From an uncultured Gemmatimonadaceae bacterium (lineage in GTDB: Bacteria; Gemmatimonadota; Gemmatimonadetes; Gemmatimonadales; Gemmatimonadaceae), in contig CAWBOC010000001.1 of the NCBI GenBank assembly GCA_963790305.1, positions 64,001 to 128,000 on the forward strand: a stretch of 64,000 nt of DNA, given 5' to 3'. The notes under the pieces were generated by a model. That model was not told the DNA's origin and did no database searches. It was given only the letters and a program-made list of their open reading frames with translations. Both the position numbers and the translations under genes were made by a program. Within the stretch, counting starts at the first letter, position 1. Every line of letters begins with the position of its first letter. Below, piece after piece: positions 10,655-20,085 of the stretch.

Positions 10655-11697
10655 CGCGAATGCGGAATACGGAAGGCGGAATGGTGAACCAACTGGGAGA
10701 AGAGGCTCCCATTCCGCATTCCGCATCCCGTATTCGCCGTTTGGGTGTCATCGGCACCTTCGTTTGGGACACGATTCACGGCCGCGACGCGCGGCAAGTT
10801 CCGGTCGAGGAGTGGGGCGGGATCACGTACGCCCTGAGCGCGCTCAATGCCGCGCTACCGGAACACTGGGAGATCGTGCCCGTCATGAAAGTCGGGCAGG
10901 ATCTCGCCACCCGAGCGCGCGAGTTCATCACGGGGTTGCGGCGCATGGCGCCCGATGCCGCGCTCGTCGAGGTGCCCTACCCCAACAATCGTGTCGAGCT
11001 CCGCTACGAGACGATGGATCGTCGCACGGAGCACCTAACGGGCGGCGTGCCTCCGTGGACCTGGCTCGGGCTCAAGCCACTGATCACGGACCTCGATGCG
11101 CTGTACGTCAACTTCATCAGTGGCTTCGAGCTCGATCTGGAGACGTCGACGCTGCTGCGACAGCACTTTCGCGGACCCATCTATGCGGACCTGCACTCGC
11201 TCATGCTCGCCGTGCAGCCCGATGGTCTCCGAACGCTGCAGCCGCTGCCCGACGTCGCCGCGTGGTGTCGCTGCTTCGACGTCATTCAGGTGAACGAGAA
11301 CGAGATGTCGATGATGGCACCCGACCCAATGGCGCTGGCCGCCACCGCGCTCGCGAACAACGTGCGCTGCCTGAACGTCACGCTGGCGGGAAAGGGCGCC
11401 GTGTTCTTCGCCGCTCCGGGGTTCGAGCGGCTCGCCGACCTCGACGCACGCCCACCGCTCGGCGCCGCCCTCGGCCCGATTCGCACGGCGCTCATTCCGG
11501 CCACCGCCTCACTGTCCGCCGGCGACCCCACCGGGTGCGGCGACGTGTGGGGCGCGACGTATTTCTCGCGGCTGCTCGCCGGTGATAGCTTGACGGTGGC
11601 GATGCGCGCGGCCCACGACGCGGCCGGTCGCAACGTCGAACATCGGGGGGCCACCGGGCTCGCCGGCCATCTGCGCGGAGAGCTCAGCTCACGATGA
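10651..11697 (+). CDS. PfkB/ribokinase-family carbohydrate kinase
   Basis: WGGITYA N-terminal motif, DPTGCGDVWGA signature; TTG start after GGGGGAGG. Confidence 0.8.
   Translation: MTRMRNTEGGMVNQLGEEAPIPHSASRIRRLGVIGTFVWDTIHGRDARQVPVEEWGGITYALSALNAALPEHWEIVPVMKVGQDLATRAREFITGLRRMAPDAALVEVPYPNNRVELRYETMDRRTEHLTGGVPPWTWLGLKPLITDLDALYVNFISGFELDLETSTLLRQHFRGPIYADLHSLMLAVQPDGLRTLQPLPDVAAWCRCFDVIQVNENEMSMMAPDPMALAATALANNVRCLNVTLAGKGAVFFAAPGFERLADLDARPPLGAALGPIRTALIPATASLSAGDPTGCGDVWGATYFSRLLAGDSLTVAMRAAHDAAGRNVEHRGATGLAGHLRGELSSR
10656..10738. repeat. Palindromic heptamer-repeat element, family C (GCGGAAT/ATTCCGC), inside the kinase N-terminus
   Basis: gcgaatgcggaatacggaa...attccgcattccgcatcccgtattcgc. 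Confidence 0.75.
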
Positions 11698-12578
11698 CGA
11701 CCGTCATCAACATCCCACCGTCATTGGATGACCGCACGTTCGAGTCGGTGCTGCAGCAGCTCGCCCCGCTGCCGCCCGATGAGAAGGTGCTGATCGACAC
11801 CCGGCACACACGGTGGGCATCGCCCTACGGACTCACCGCGCTCCTCGTGCTCGCGCAGACCCGCGCGGAGCGACCGGCGTTGTACGCCCCGGAGGCGGAA
11901 GAGACGGCCTCGTACTGGGCGCGCGCGCAGTTCTTTCGCTACGCCGAAGGGCTGTTCGAGATGCACGGCTCGGTGCCGCGCGCGCGCGGCGCCGGCGAAT
12001 CCGATGTGCTGCTGGAAATCACGCCCGTCGCGAAGAGCGAGGACGTGCACGAGGTCGTGGGCCGCATTCAGACGAAAGCGCAGGCGATTCTGGCGAAGGA
12101 GCTCAATCTCGATCCGCGCGCGACGATGGGCTTCGCGATGACGCTGTCGGAGGCCTGCCAGAACATCGTGGAGCACGCCGGACGCGGCGGATGGGTGGCC
12201 GTCCAGACCTATCGGTGGCAGAAGCGACTCGGGCGACGCGTGGTTCAGATCGCCGTCTGTGATGCCGGCATCGGGTTCCGCCAGTCGCTCGAGAGTGCAC
12301 AAGGTCGTCGAGGTGACCGATGGGATGATGCGATGGCGCTGGAAGATGCAGTCATTCGCTCGGTGTCAAGGTTCCGCGATGCGGGTCGCGGCCAGGGACT
12401 TGCGGGTATCCGTCGCTACGTCGGCCGATGGGACGGGAAGTTGTCGATTCGAAGCGGAACAGCTAGAATCGCGATCGTTCCGAGTTGGGATGAAGACATC
12501 CCGCTCGAGGAACAGCTTCCCCCGTTTCCTGGAGCGCAGGTGCTGATCACGATTCCAGAGCGGACCGCCGCGCGGTGA
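11694..12578 (+). CDS. STAS-like + HATPase_c (anti-sigma/Ser-kinase-like) ATP-binding protein
   Basis: SEACQNIVEHA (N box), VCDAGIGF (G1), GRGQGL (G2), PGAQV; no HisKA domain seen. Confidence 0.8.
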   Translation: MTTVINIPPSLDDRTFESVLQQLAPLPPDEKVLIDTRHTRWASPYGLTALLVLAQTRAERPALYAPEAEETASYWARAQFFRYAEGLFEMHGSVPRARGAGESDVLLEITPVAKSEDVHEVVGRIQTKAQAILAKELNLDPRATMGFAMTLSEACQNIVEHAGRGGWVAVQTYRWQKRLGRRVVQIAVCDAGIGFRQSLESAQGRRGDRWDDAMALEDAVIRSVSRFRDAGRGQGLAGIRRYVGRWDGKLSIRSGTARIAIVPSWDEDIPLEEQLPPFPGAQVLITIPERTAAR

Positions 12579-13159
12579 TCAACCACATCGACCTCGGCAC
12601 GGTGCTACGCCGCACCGTCTGCGACCTCTACTCCGATCTCGTCACGCGGCCCACCGGCGCCGCCGTCCGCTCCGGCATCGAGCAGCAGCTCGCCGACGCC
12701 AAGGAGCGCACCCTCACCGTCATCGACTTCACTCACGTCGGCCTGCTCGACTACTCATGCGCCAATGAGATCGTCGCCAAGCTTCTCGTCAGCTATTGCG
12801 AACCCGCCGGAGAGCGCGCCAGCGTCGCCCGGCTCGTTGCGCCACGCGACTGCTACTTCCTGTTCAAGGGCGTGAGCGATTCGCACCTCGATGCGATCGA
12901 CGCTGTGCTCACACGTCGTGGCCTCGCGCTCGTGGCGCAGACCGATGACGGACTGCCGCTGCTCATCGGGACCGTGGACGATCGCGAGCGACGCGCCTGG
13001 GAAGCAGTGACGCGATTGGGCCGCGCGCTCCCGGCCGATATCGCGGGTGAGGTGGGCCTCGAGGAGCCGCAAGCCGAATTGCTGCTCAACGGACTGTCCC
13101 GGCGGCGACTCATCATGCGCTTCGACGAGGGCTACGTCGCCGTCGGCACGGGACCGTGA
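12575..13159 (+). CDS. STAS-like (DUF4325-like) domain + C-terminal winged HTH protein
   Basis: LVTRPTGAAVR..VIDFTHVGLLDYSCANEIV; C-terminal PADIAGEVGLEEPQAELLLNGLSRRRLI. Confidence 0.65.
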   Translation: MINHIDLGTVLRRTVCDLYSDLVTRPTGAAVRSGIEQQLADAKERTLTVIDFTHVGLLDYSCANEIVAKLLVSYCEPAGERASVARLVAPRDCYFLFKGVSDSHLDAIDAVLTRRGLALVAQTDDGLPLLIGTVDDRERRAWEAVTRLGRALPADIAGEVGLEEPQAELLLNGLSRRRLIMRFDEGYVAVGTGP

Positions 13160-13467
13160 TGCGGTACGAACGCTACAACCCTCCCCTGTCGGTGGTGGGA
13201 TTCGTGGCGACGCGGGCAACGGATACCGATCGCGGACCGCAAATCAGCATGCGTGGTGAGGACGCGCGCATGCGTCTGCTGCAGGACGGCGAGCTGGTAT
13301 GGCTCTACGGCCCGCGACGACACGAGCTCGTGACGGTTCGTATCGACGATGCCCTTCCCCGTGGCAGCGTCATTCTTCGCGATGTGGCAGGCACCGCTCC
13401 CGCCGACGTGGTACGCGTGGTGAAGGTCGACCCCGACATTCCTCGAGAGATCGGGCATCTCGCATAG
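13156..13467 (+). CDS. Small double-psi beta-barrel (molybdopterin-dinucleotide-binding-like) protein
   Basis: ISMRGEDARMRLLQDGELVWLYGPR..VRIDDALPRGSVIL. Confidence 0.65.
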   Translation: MMRYERYNPPLSVVGFVATRATDTDRGPQISMRGEDARMRLLQDGELVWLYGPRRHELVTVRIDDALPRGSVILRDVAGTAPADVVRVVKVDPDIPREIGHLA

Positions 13468-13520
13468 GCTATGACAAACCGCGAGCTGCGACCCGCAGCT
13501 TTCCTAACGCCGAAGCCTGC

Positions 13521-14678
13521 ATGACACGCAAGACTCGACCGCAAGGCGTCTCCACCGTTGCCGTCCACGGTGGGCACGACAAACGGGATACCGATACGCC
13601 CATCGTGGCCCCGCTCTACCAGAGCGTGAACTTCGTGCAGGAGATCGGCACCGCCGAAGGGCTGCGCTATCCTCGCTATGGCAACGTACCCAACGCCGAG
13701 ATCGTGGCGCGACGCGTCGCGCTGCTCGAGGGGGCGGAGGCCGGCATCGTGCTGGCGAGCGGTATGGGCGCAACCGCATGCGCGCTGCTGGCGCTGTTGC
13801 GACCGGGCGACCACCTGCTCGCCAGCTCCTGGGTGTACGGAGGGACGCACCGTCTCTTCACCCAGGAGTTCGAGGCGATGGGTATTGGCGTCACGCTCGT
13901 CGATCCCACCGAGTCGCGAGGGTGGCGGCGCCGGCTTCGCAAAGAGACCCGCGCGATCTTCGTCGAGACGCCGGTGAATCCCACCTGTCGCGTGCTCGAT
14001 TTGCGTGGCGCGAGCCACCTGACGAAAGAGAACGGGCTGGCGCTCGTCGTCGATTCGACGTTCGCAAGCCCGGTGAACTTTCGCCCGCTCGAGCATGGGG
14101 CCGACGTCGTCATCCACTCGGGGACTAAGTATCTCAATGGCCATCACGACGTGATGGCGGGCGTGGTGGCCGGCACCGCTCCGTACATCGAGGAGGTGCG
14201 GCAGAAGATGATGGTCTGGGGTCAAGCGCCAGACCCCTTCGCGGTGTGGCTTCTCGACCGCGGGCTGAAGACGCTCGACGTCCGCGTCCGCCGCCAGAAC
14301 GAGAATGCGGCGCGCATCGCGTCGTGGGCGGAGGGTCGGAAAGAGATCCGTCACGTGCATTATGCGGGGCTCCCGGACCATCAGGACCACGAGGTCGCTC
14401 GCACCACGCTCGACGGCTTCGGCGGCATGCTCGCACTCGAGCTGCTCGGCGGAGCGAAGGCAGCGGACCGCTTCGTGAGACGGCTCAAAGTGTGGATACA
14501 TGCCACGAGCCTCGGGGGCGTGGAGTCGCTAGTGAGCGAGCCGCGATTCACTTCTCATGCGCACCTGTCCTCGGAGCAGCGGGCGAAGGTCGGCATCCCG
14601 GACGGGTTCGTCCGGCTGAGCGTCGGTATCGAGGACGCCGAGGATCTTATCGCCGACCTCGAGCAGGCGCTGCGGTGA
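13521..14678 (+). CDS. PLP-dependent transsulfuration enzyme (cystathionine gamma-synthase/methionine gamma-lyase family)
   Basis: YPRYGN, ASGMGA, ETPVNP, DSTFASP, HSGTKYLNGH, SLGGVESL, RLSVGIED. Confidence 0.92.
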   Translation: MTRKTRPQGVSTVAVHGGHDKRDTDTPIVAPLYQSVNFVQEIGTAEGLRYPRYGNVPNAEIVARRVALLEGAEAGIVLASGMGATACALLALLRPGDHLLASSWVYGGTHRLFTQEFEAMGIGVTLVDPTESRGWRRRLRKETRAIFVETPVNPTCRVLDLRGASHLTKENGLALVVDSTFASPVNFRPLEHGADVVIHSGTKYLNGHHDVMAGVVAGTAPYIEEVRQKMMVWGQAPDPFAVWLLDRGLKTLDVRVRRQNENAARIASWAEGRKEIRHVHYAGLPDHQDHEVARTTLDGFGGMLALELLGGAKAADRFVRRLKVWIHATSLGGVESLVSEPRFTSHAHLSSEQRAKVGIPDGFVRLSVGIEDAEDLIADLEQALR

Positions 14679-15838
14679 CGGAGCCGATCGCGGAAGGCCC
14701 CGGCGACCGGCGGCGCGTCGAGCGGCGCATCAGTCAACGCGTCGCGGATCTGACGCTGCCGGAATTCCGCCGGATCATTCTCACGTCGCTGCTGTTCGTG
14801 ATCGTGCTGTCGCTGTTCCTGTGGATGGTGCGTGTCGTCGTCATCGCCGCCATCCTGGCCGTGATCGTCGCGGTGTACGTGCGCCCGCTCTATCTCTGGC
14901 TGCTCGTGCGGCTGAAACGCCCGGTGGCGGCGGCGCTCGTCACGATTCTCATTGTCGTCGTCCCGGTGCTGGCCGCGATCGCGTACAGCTACGCGGAGCT
15001 CAGCAGCGCCGCGGAGTACATCGCCGCGAACGAGGCCGACATCGTGGCGCGCATCGATGCGGCCGTTCGGCGGTTGCCCTTCATGCGGGGTGAGACCTTC
15101 ACCGAGCAGATCCGCGCGTTCGTCGCCAGCACTTCGCTTTACGGCTCGCGAATCGTCGGCGCCCTTCAGGAAACCATCGTCGAGGTGGCGGTCTCCTCCG
15201 CGATCTTCCTCTTTACGCTGGGGTATATCCTCACCGACGCCGAGGCTGTCACCGCCTACATTCGCGGAAAGATTCCGCCCCGGTACTCGGAGCTCTCGAC
15301 GGCGCTGGAGCACAACGTCGAAGGAGTGCTCTACGGGGCGATCTACGCGACCCTGGTGACACAGACGGTCAAGTCGCTCGTCATCCTCGGGATGAACCTG
15401 GTGTTCAACGTGCCGCTCGCGGCGGTGCTGGCTCTGCTCTCGTTCGTCATCGGCTTCTTTCCAATCGTCGGGTCCTGGAGCGTGTACGTCCCGGTCGCGA
15501 TCTGGCTGGCTATCTTCCGCGAGGCCTACGTCTCTTCGGTACTCGTGCTCCTGATCGGGTTCCTCGGGAACACGCTCTTCATGTCGATGTATCTACGACC
15601 AAAGCTCGCGGCAAAGAAATCGCGGGTGCTCAACTTCTACTGGATGTTCATTGGCCTTGTCACCGGTGTGTACACCTTTGGTATCGTCGGCATCCTCCTC
15701 GGCCCGATCGTGATCGGCCTGCTGAAGGCCGTCTTCGACACGGTCACCGCGCAGACGAGCTGGCGTCTTCTCGACACCGAGGAATACCCGGCCGCGGGGA
15801 CGTCGACCGTGCTCCCCGCCGCCAGCGACGCGCGATGA
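14675..15838 (+). CDS. AI-2E family transporter
   Basis: Multiple TM helices; FFPIVGS, LRPKL, GIVGILLGP. Confidence 0.88.
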   Translation: MTEPIAEGPGDRRRVERRISQRVADLTLPEFRRIILTSLLFVIVLSLFLWMVRVVVIAAILAVIVAVYVRPLYLWLLVRLKRPVAAALVTILIVVVPVLAAIAYSYAELSSAAEYIAANEADIVARIDAAVRRLPFMRGETFTEQIRAFVASTSLYGSRIVGALQETIVEVAVSSAIFLFTLGYILTDAEAVTAYIRGKIPPRYSELSTALEHNVEGVLYGAIYATLVTQTVKSLVILGMNLVFNVPLAAVLALLSFVIGFFPIVGSWSVYVPVAIWLAIFREAYVSSVLVLLIGFLGNTLFMSMYLRPKLAAKKSRVLNFYWMFIGLVTGVYTFGIVGILLGPIVIGLLKAVFDTVTAQTSWRLLDTEEYPAAGTSTVLPAASDAR

Positions 15839-16545
15839 TCCGATTCATCCATGTCAGCAAGGAGTACGCACGCGGTGGGCTGGCGCTGGACGACGTATCC
15901 TTTCACATCGCCAAAGGCGAGTTCGCGTTTCTCACCGGCCCGAGCGGCGCGGGGAAGTCGACGATTCTCAAGCTGGTGTACATGGAGGAGCTTCCGACCG
16001 AGGGGGACGTGCGTGTCGCCGGCGTGCATTCGGGATCGGTGCGCCGCACCGAGATCGCGCAGCTCCGCCGAAAGCTCGGGGTGGTCTTTCAGGATTTTCG
16101 ACTGCTCGAGGAGCGCACCGCCGAACAGAACATCGCGTTTGCGCTGGAAGTCACCGATGCTCCCCGCGCCTCCATCGCGACGAAGGTCTCGCGGTTGCTC
16201 ACGCAGGTGGGCCTGAGCTCCAAGGCCAACGCTCTGCCCCGCGAGCTCTCCGGCGGAGAGCAGCAGCGCGTGGCGATCGCCCGCGCACTCGTCAACGACC
16301 CCTTCGTCCTCATCGCCGACGAGCCCACGGGCAATCTCGACGATCGTGCAACGCGCGGCGTGTTTCAGCTGCTGCGGGACATCAACGCCGCCGGAACCGC
16401 CGTGCTGATGGCGACGCACAACCTCGAGCTCGTGAGGCGGTCGGATTATCGCGTGATCGAAATGAATCGTGGCCAGATCGTTTACGACTCCGCGGAAGCC
16501 GCGGCGGCTGATGCCGCCGCGGATGGCCGGTCGACGCCTGCCTGA
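15835..16545 (+). CDS. ftsE: Cell division ATP-binding protein FtsE
   Basis: [40 protein letters not shown]; adjacent to ftsX. Confidence 0.93.
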   Translation: MIRFIHVSKEYARGGLALDDVSFHIAKGEFAFLTGPSGAGKSTILKLVYMEELPTEGDVRVAGVHSGSVRRTEIAQLRRKLGVVFQDFRLLEERTAEQNIAFALEVTDAPRASIATKVSRLLTQVGLSSKANALPRELSGGEQQRVAIARALVNDPFVLIADEPTGNLDDRATRGVFQLLRDINAAGTAVLMATHNLELVRRSDYRVIEMNRGQIVYDSAEAAAADAAADGRSTPA

Positions 16546-17393
16546 TGCGACTCACCCTACGCGAGACGCTGCTGGCATTCCGGCGGGCCCCCCTCCTGAG
16601 TGCCCTGAGCGTGATGACGATCGCTTTCAGCCTCTTCTCCCTGGGGCTGTTCGTGCTCGTGGCCGTGAACATCCGCGACGCCCTTCAGCAAGTCGAAGAG
16701 CGCGTCGAGATTCGCGCCTACATCGCTGACGGCACGCCGATCGAGGCGCTCGCCGCAGCACTGGGTGACATTGGCTCGTTCCCCGAGGTTGCCCGCGCCG
16801 ATGGAATCTCACAGGAGGAGGCGCTGGAGCGCGCCCGGGCGGAGCTTGGCGAGTTCCGCGATGTGTTCGATGCCGCCTTTCTGCCCGCGTCGATCGAAGT
16901 GCGGCTCAAACCGGGGTTCCGCGATCCCGAGACCGTGAGCGCCGTCGCCGCACGTATTCGAACCTATCCGTTCGTGGACGACGTGCGATTCGGCGAGGAG
17001 TGGGTGCGCAAGCTGTACAACATTCGCAACCTCGCCACGGCGGCCGGGATCATTCTCGGGGTCGCCTTCGCGGCGGTCGCAATCATCATCATCGGAGCAA
17101 CGATCCGCATGGCGGTGCTCGCGCGGGGGCGCGAGATCTCGATCATGAGGCTGGTCGGAGCAACCGACGGCTTCATTCGCCGGCCCTTCCTTTTGGAAGG
17201 ATTGGCAAAGGGCATTCTCGGCGGTGTCCTGGCGCTCGCGCTCACGTACTTCGCGCATTCGCTCATCTCGCGCACCCTCGTCGCCACGCGGTTTTTCGAC
17301 GAGCGCATCATCATCGCGGGCATCGCCTTTGGCGCGCTGATCGGCTTTCTCGGAAGCGCCGTGTCCGTCGGGCGGCATCTCCGACGGGTTTAG
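16545..17393 (+). CDS. ftsX: Cell division permease FtsX
   Basis: Four-TM layout; REISIMRLVGATDGFIRRPFLLEG. Confidence 0.92.
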   Translation: MRLTLRETLLAFRRAPLLSALSVMTIAFSLFSLGLFVLVAVNIRDALQQVEERVEIRAYIADGTPIEALAAALGDIGSFPEVARADGISQEEALERARAELGEFRDVFDAAFLPASIEVRLKPGFRDPETVSAVAARIRTYPFVDDVRFGEEWVRKLYNIRNLATAAGIILGVAFAAVAIIIIGATIRMAVLARGREISIMRLVGATDGFIRRPFLLEGLAKGILGGVLALALTYFAHSLISRTLVATRFFDERIIIAGIAFGALIGFLGSAVSVGRHLRRV

Positions 17394-17398
17394 GCAAC

Positions 17399-17487
17399 AT
17401 GGAACCGCAAATGGCCGCAGATGGCCGCAGCAGCTGCAAGCCACAGTTGAACTGGCTGCGGCATTCTGCGGCCATCTGCGGTTCCAT
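17399..17487. repeat. Palindromic repeat element, family D (GCCGCAGATG units), in the EnvC N-terminal coding region
   Basis: atggaaccgcaaatggccgcagatggccgcag...ctgcggcattctgcggccatctgcggttccat. Confidence 0.75.
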
Positions 17488-18637
17488 TGTGCTGCTTCTA
17501 GCCGTAAGCGCTACGGCGGGCGCACAACAATCACCCGAAGCACGGCTGCGCGCCGAGCAGGCTCGGCTCGAGCAGCTGCGTCGCGAGCGGGAGCAGCTCG
17601 AGACGCGCATGCGGGAGCTGCGGGGCACGGTGCACGACCTCTCGGCGGAAGTCGCGAACATCGATCGTCAGGCGGACATGACCGCGCGCGCGGTTCGGTC
17701 GCTCGAATCGCAACTCGTGTCCATTGGCGAGGCGGTCGACTCCTCCACCGGCGACCTCGTGCGGGCCGAGGACGAGCTCGTGGTCAAGCGAGCGATGCTG
17801 CGCGGCCGGCTGATCGACATTTACAAGCGCGGGCCGCTCCACGCGGTCGAGGCGCTGTTGGCGGCGCAGTCATTTGGCGAGCTCGTCTCACGCTACAAGT
17901 ATCTGCATCTACTGGCGCTTCGAGACCGCGCGCTCGTGGAACGCGTCGAGCAGCTCCGCAACCGGGTCCGCCGACAGCGCGGCAACCTCGTGCGCTTTCA
18001 GCGGGACATCGAGCGGACGCGGGAAGAGCGGGCGTTCGAGGAGAAGCGGCTGCGCGACCTCGAGCGCGAGCGCGCACGGAGTCTCGCAGCGACGCAGCGC
18101 CGCGCCCGCGACACCGAGGCCCGGCTGCGGCGCATCGCGCGCGACGAACAGCGACTGACGAACGTGATCGCGGAGCTGGAGGCTGCGCGCCGCCGAGCCG
18201 GTGGTGCTGGCGGCCGCGCCAACAGCACGATTCGGACGAGCGACCTCGGCCGTCTCGATTGGCCGGTGGAGGGCGAGATCATCTACAACTTCGGCCGGGT
18301 CGTGAATCCCAACAACACGACGACGCGGTGGAACGGGATCGGCATCGCGGCTTCCGAGGGCACGCCGGTGAAAGCGGTCTCGGCCGGGAGCGTCGTCGTC
18401 TCGGAGACGTTCGGGACCTACGGGCTGACGGTGATCGTCCAGCACGGCGGTGGCGACTACTCGGTGTACGGATCGCTGAGCCGCCTGAGCGTGCAGAAGG
18501 GCTCCGTCGTCAGCAAAGGCCAGGTGCTGGGGTATGTGGGAGCCGCCGATCCCGAGCTCCCACCGCACCTGCATTTCGAGATGCGCCCGCAGGGGCGAGC
18601 GGTGGATCCGCTGGAATGGCTGCGCGGAAGACAGTAG
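17399..18637 (+). CDS. envC: EnvC-like coiled-coil + degenerate M23 peptidase (murein hydrolase activator)
   Basis: Long coiled coil; WNGIGI replaces HxxxD, HLHFE retained; follows ftsEX. Confidence 0.8.
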   Translation: MEPQMAADGRSSCKPQLNWLRHSAAICGSIVLLLAVSATAGAQQSPEARLRAEQARLEQLRREREQLETRMRELRGTVHDLSAEVANIDRQADMTARAVRSLESQLVSIGEAVDSSTGDLVRAEDELVVKRAMLRGRLIDIYKRGPLHAVEALLAAQSFGELVSRYKYLHLLALRDRALVERVEQLRNRVRRQRGNLVRFQRDIERTREERAFEEKRLRDLERERARSLAATQRRARDTEARLRRIARDEQRLTNVIAELEAARRRAGGAGGRANSTIRTSDLGRLDWPVEGEIIYNFGRVVNPNNTTTRWNGIGIAASEGTPVKAVSAGSVVVSETFGTYGLTVIVQHGGGDYSVYGSLSRLSVQKGSVVSKGQVLGYVGAADPELPPHLHFEMRPQGRAVDPLEWLRGRQ

Positions 18638-18640
18638 TCG

Positions 18641-18757
18641 GAAGAGGCGCTAAGAAGGCGCTAAGGGCGCTAAGGGCGCTAAGGGCGCTAAGGGCGCTCG
18701 CGGTCGCCCTTCAGCGCCTCTAGCGCCTCTAGCGCCTCTAGCGCCTTTAGCGCCTCT
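18641..18757. repeat. Palindromic tandem-repeat element, family B: (GGCGCTAAG)n / (TAGCGCCTC)n
   Basis: Near-perfect 9-bp tandem arrays in inverted orientation. Confidence 0.9.
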
Positions 18758-19607
18758 GCTCCTAGGCGCCCACGTCTCCTCCGCCGGCGGCACGCCTAAC
18801 GCGCCCGGCCGCGCCAAGGCCATCGGGGCGACCGCCATGCAGATGTTCTCGAAGATGGCCAACCGGTGGGCAGAGCGACTCTGTGAAGACGATGAGTGTC
18901 GTGCGTTTACGGCGGCGCTCACCGCCACGGACGTCCGCGCGACGGCGGCGCACGACAGCTACCTCATCAATCTCGCCTCACCTGATCCGGTGCTGCGCGC
19001 GCGGTCGCTCGCGTCATTCGAGTCGGAGCTGCGCCGCTGCGAAGCGCTCGGCCTGGGATACCTCGTATCGCATCCCGGGAATTTCATGGATGATCGCGCG
19101 AGCGGAATCGCGCGGAACGCCGAGGCGATCGGCATCGCGCTCGAGCGAGTCCCGGGGCGGGTCGTCATCCTCATGGAAATGACGGCCGGCAGCGGTACCG
19201 CCATCGGGTCGAGTTTCGAAGAGATGGCATCGCTGATCGACGCTGTGCCGGCACCGCATCGCGATCGCGTCGCGGTTTGCGTGGATACCGCACACGTCTT
19301 CGCTGCCGGCTACGACCTGGTCAACGACTATGAGGGCGTCTGGTCGCGCTTCGCGGACACTCTCGGGATGCATCGGCTGAAGCTCATGCATCTGAACGAC
19401 TCCAAGACACCGCTCGGCTCGAGGCGAGACCGCCACGAGCTCATCGCCGAAGGCGCTCTCGGAGAGCGAGCATTCCGCAGCATCATGACCGATGAGCGAC
19501 TGGTCCACATCCCCAAGGTCATCGAGACGCCCAAGCTCGATGATGCGGAGACGACCGACCGGCGTATGCTCGAGCGGCTTCGGAGTTATGTCGCCTCCAG
19601 CCCGTAG
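18756..19607 (+). CDS. nfo: Endonuclease IV; start uncertain (possible CTG at 18756)
   Basis: LLGAHVSSAGG, HDSYLINLAS, HPG, EMTAG, DTAH, HLNDSK, DRH, ETP. Confidence 0.92.
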   Translation: MLLGAHVSSAGGTPNAPGRAKAIGATAMQMFSKMANRWAERLCEDDECRAFTAALTATDVRATAAHDSYLINLASPDPVLRARSLASFESELRRCEALGLGYLVSHPGNFMDDRASGIARNAEAIGIALERVPGRVVILMEMTAGSGTAIGSSFEEMASLIDAVPAPHRDRVAVCVDTAHVFAAGYDLVNDYEGVWSRFADTLGMHRLKLMHLNDSKTPLGSRRDRHELIAEGALGERAFRSIMTDERLVHIPKVIETPKLDDAETTDRRMLERLRSYVASSP

Positions 19608-19624
19608 CGGCAGGCCTCGCGACG

Positions 19625-19990
19625 ATGTTATTGTCGGTTAGCATGCGAACCCCGCGCTCGCCCCGACTCATCGGCCTCACCGGCACTGTGCGCGCCGCTG
19701 CCGCCCTGGTGACGATGCTGCAGCTGCTCCTCGTCGCCGCCGCGCCGCTCGCGGAGCGACAGGACAGCACAGTTGCCGCAATCCACGTCGAGCAGGCAGG
19801 GACGAGCACGCATCACGCGCACGGCGAGCTGTGCGCAGTATGTGCCGCGTCGCACCTCGTCGCGCCGCCAGCGCGCGCCGCTACGGCACCCGTCGTGGCC
19901 AGCGTGACCACCAGCGCCAGCGACGTCTCTCGCCCTCCCTCGACCGCAGCAGAGAGGCTCGACACCCAGCCGCGCGCACCGCCGGCCTGA
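19625..19990 (+). CDS. DUF2946-like leader protein with CxxC and C-terminal RAPP motif
   Basis: Hydrophobic/signal segment, THHAHGELCAVCAASH, ends QPRAPPA*. Confidence 0.75.
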   Translation: MLLSVSMRTPRSPRLIGLTGTVRAAAALVTMLQLLLVAAAPLAERQDSTVAAIHVEQAGTSTHHAHGELCAVCAASHLVAPPARAATAPVVASVTTSASDVSRPPSTAAERLDTQPRAPPA

Positions 19991-20085
19991 CGCATCGCGC
20001 CTTCCTGGCGCGCTCCTCGTACCATCCGCAGAACCACCGATCGCGCACGGCCCTTCGCGCCGGCGCGGCACTGCACAGGAGCACG

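Noticed and set aside
18641..18757. Tandem repeats as a CRISPR array
   Set aside because: Units are 7-10 bp with no unique spacers, and there are no cas genes in the window.
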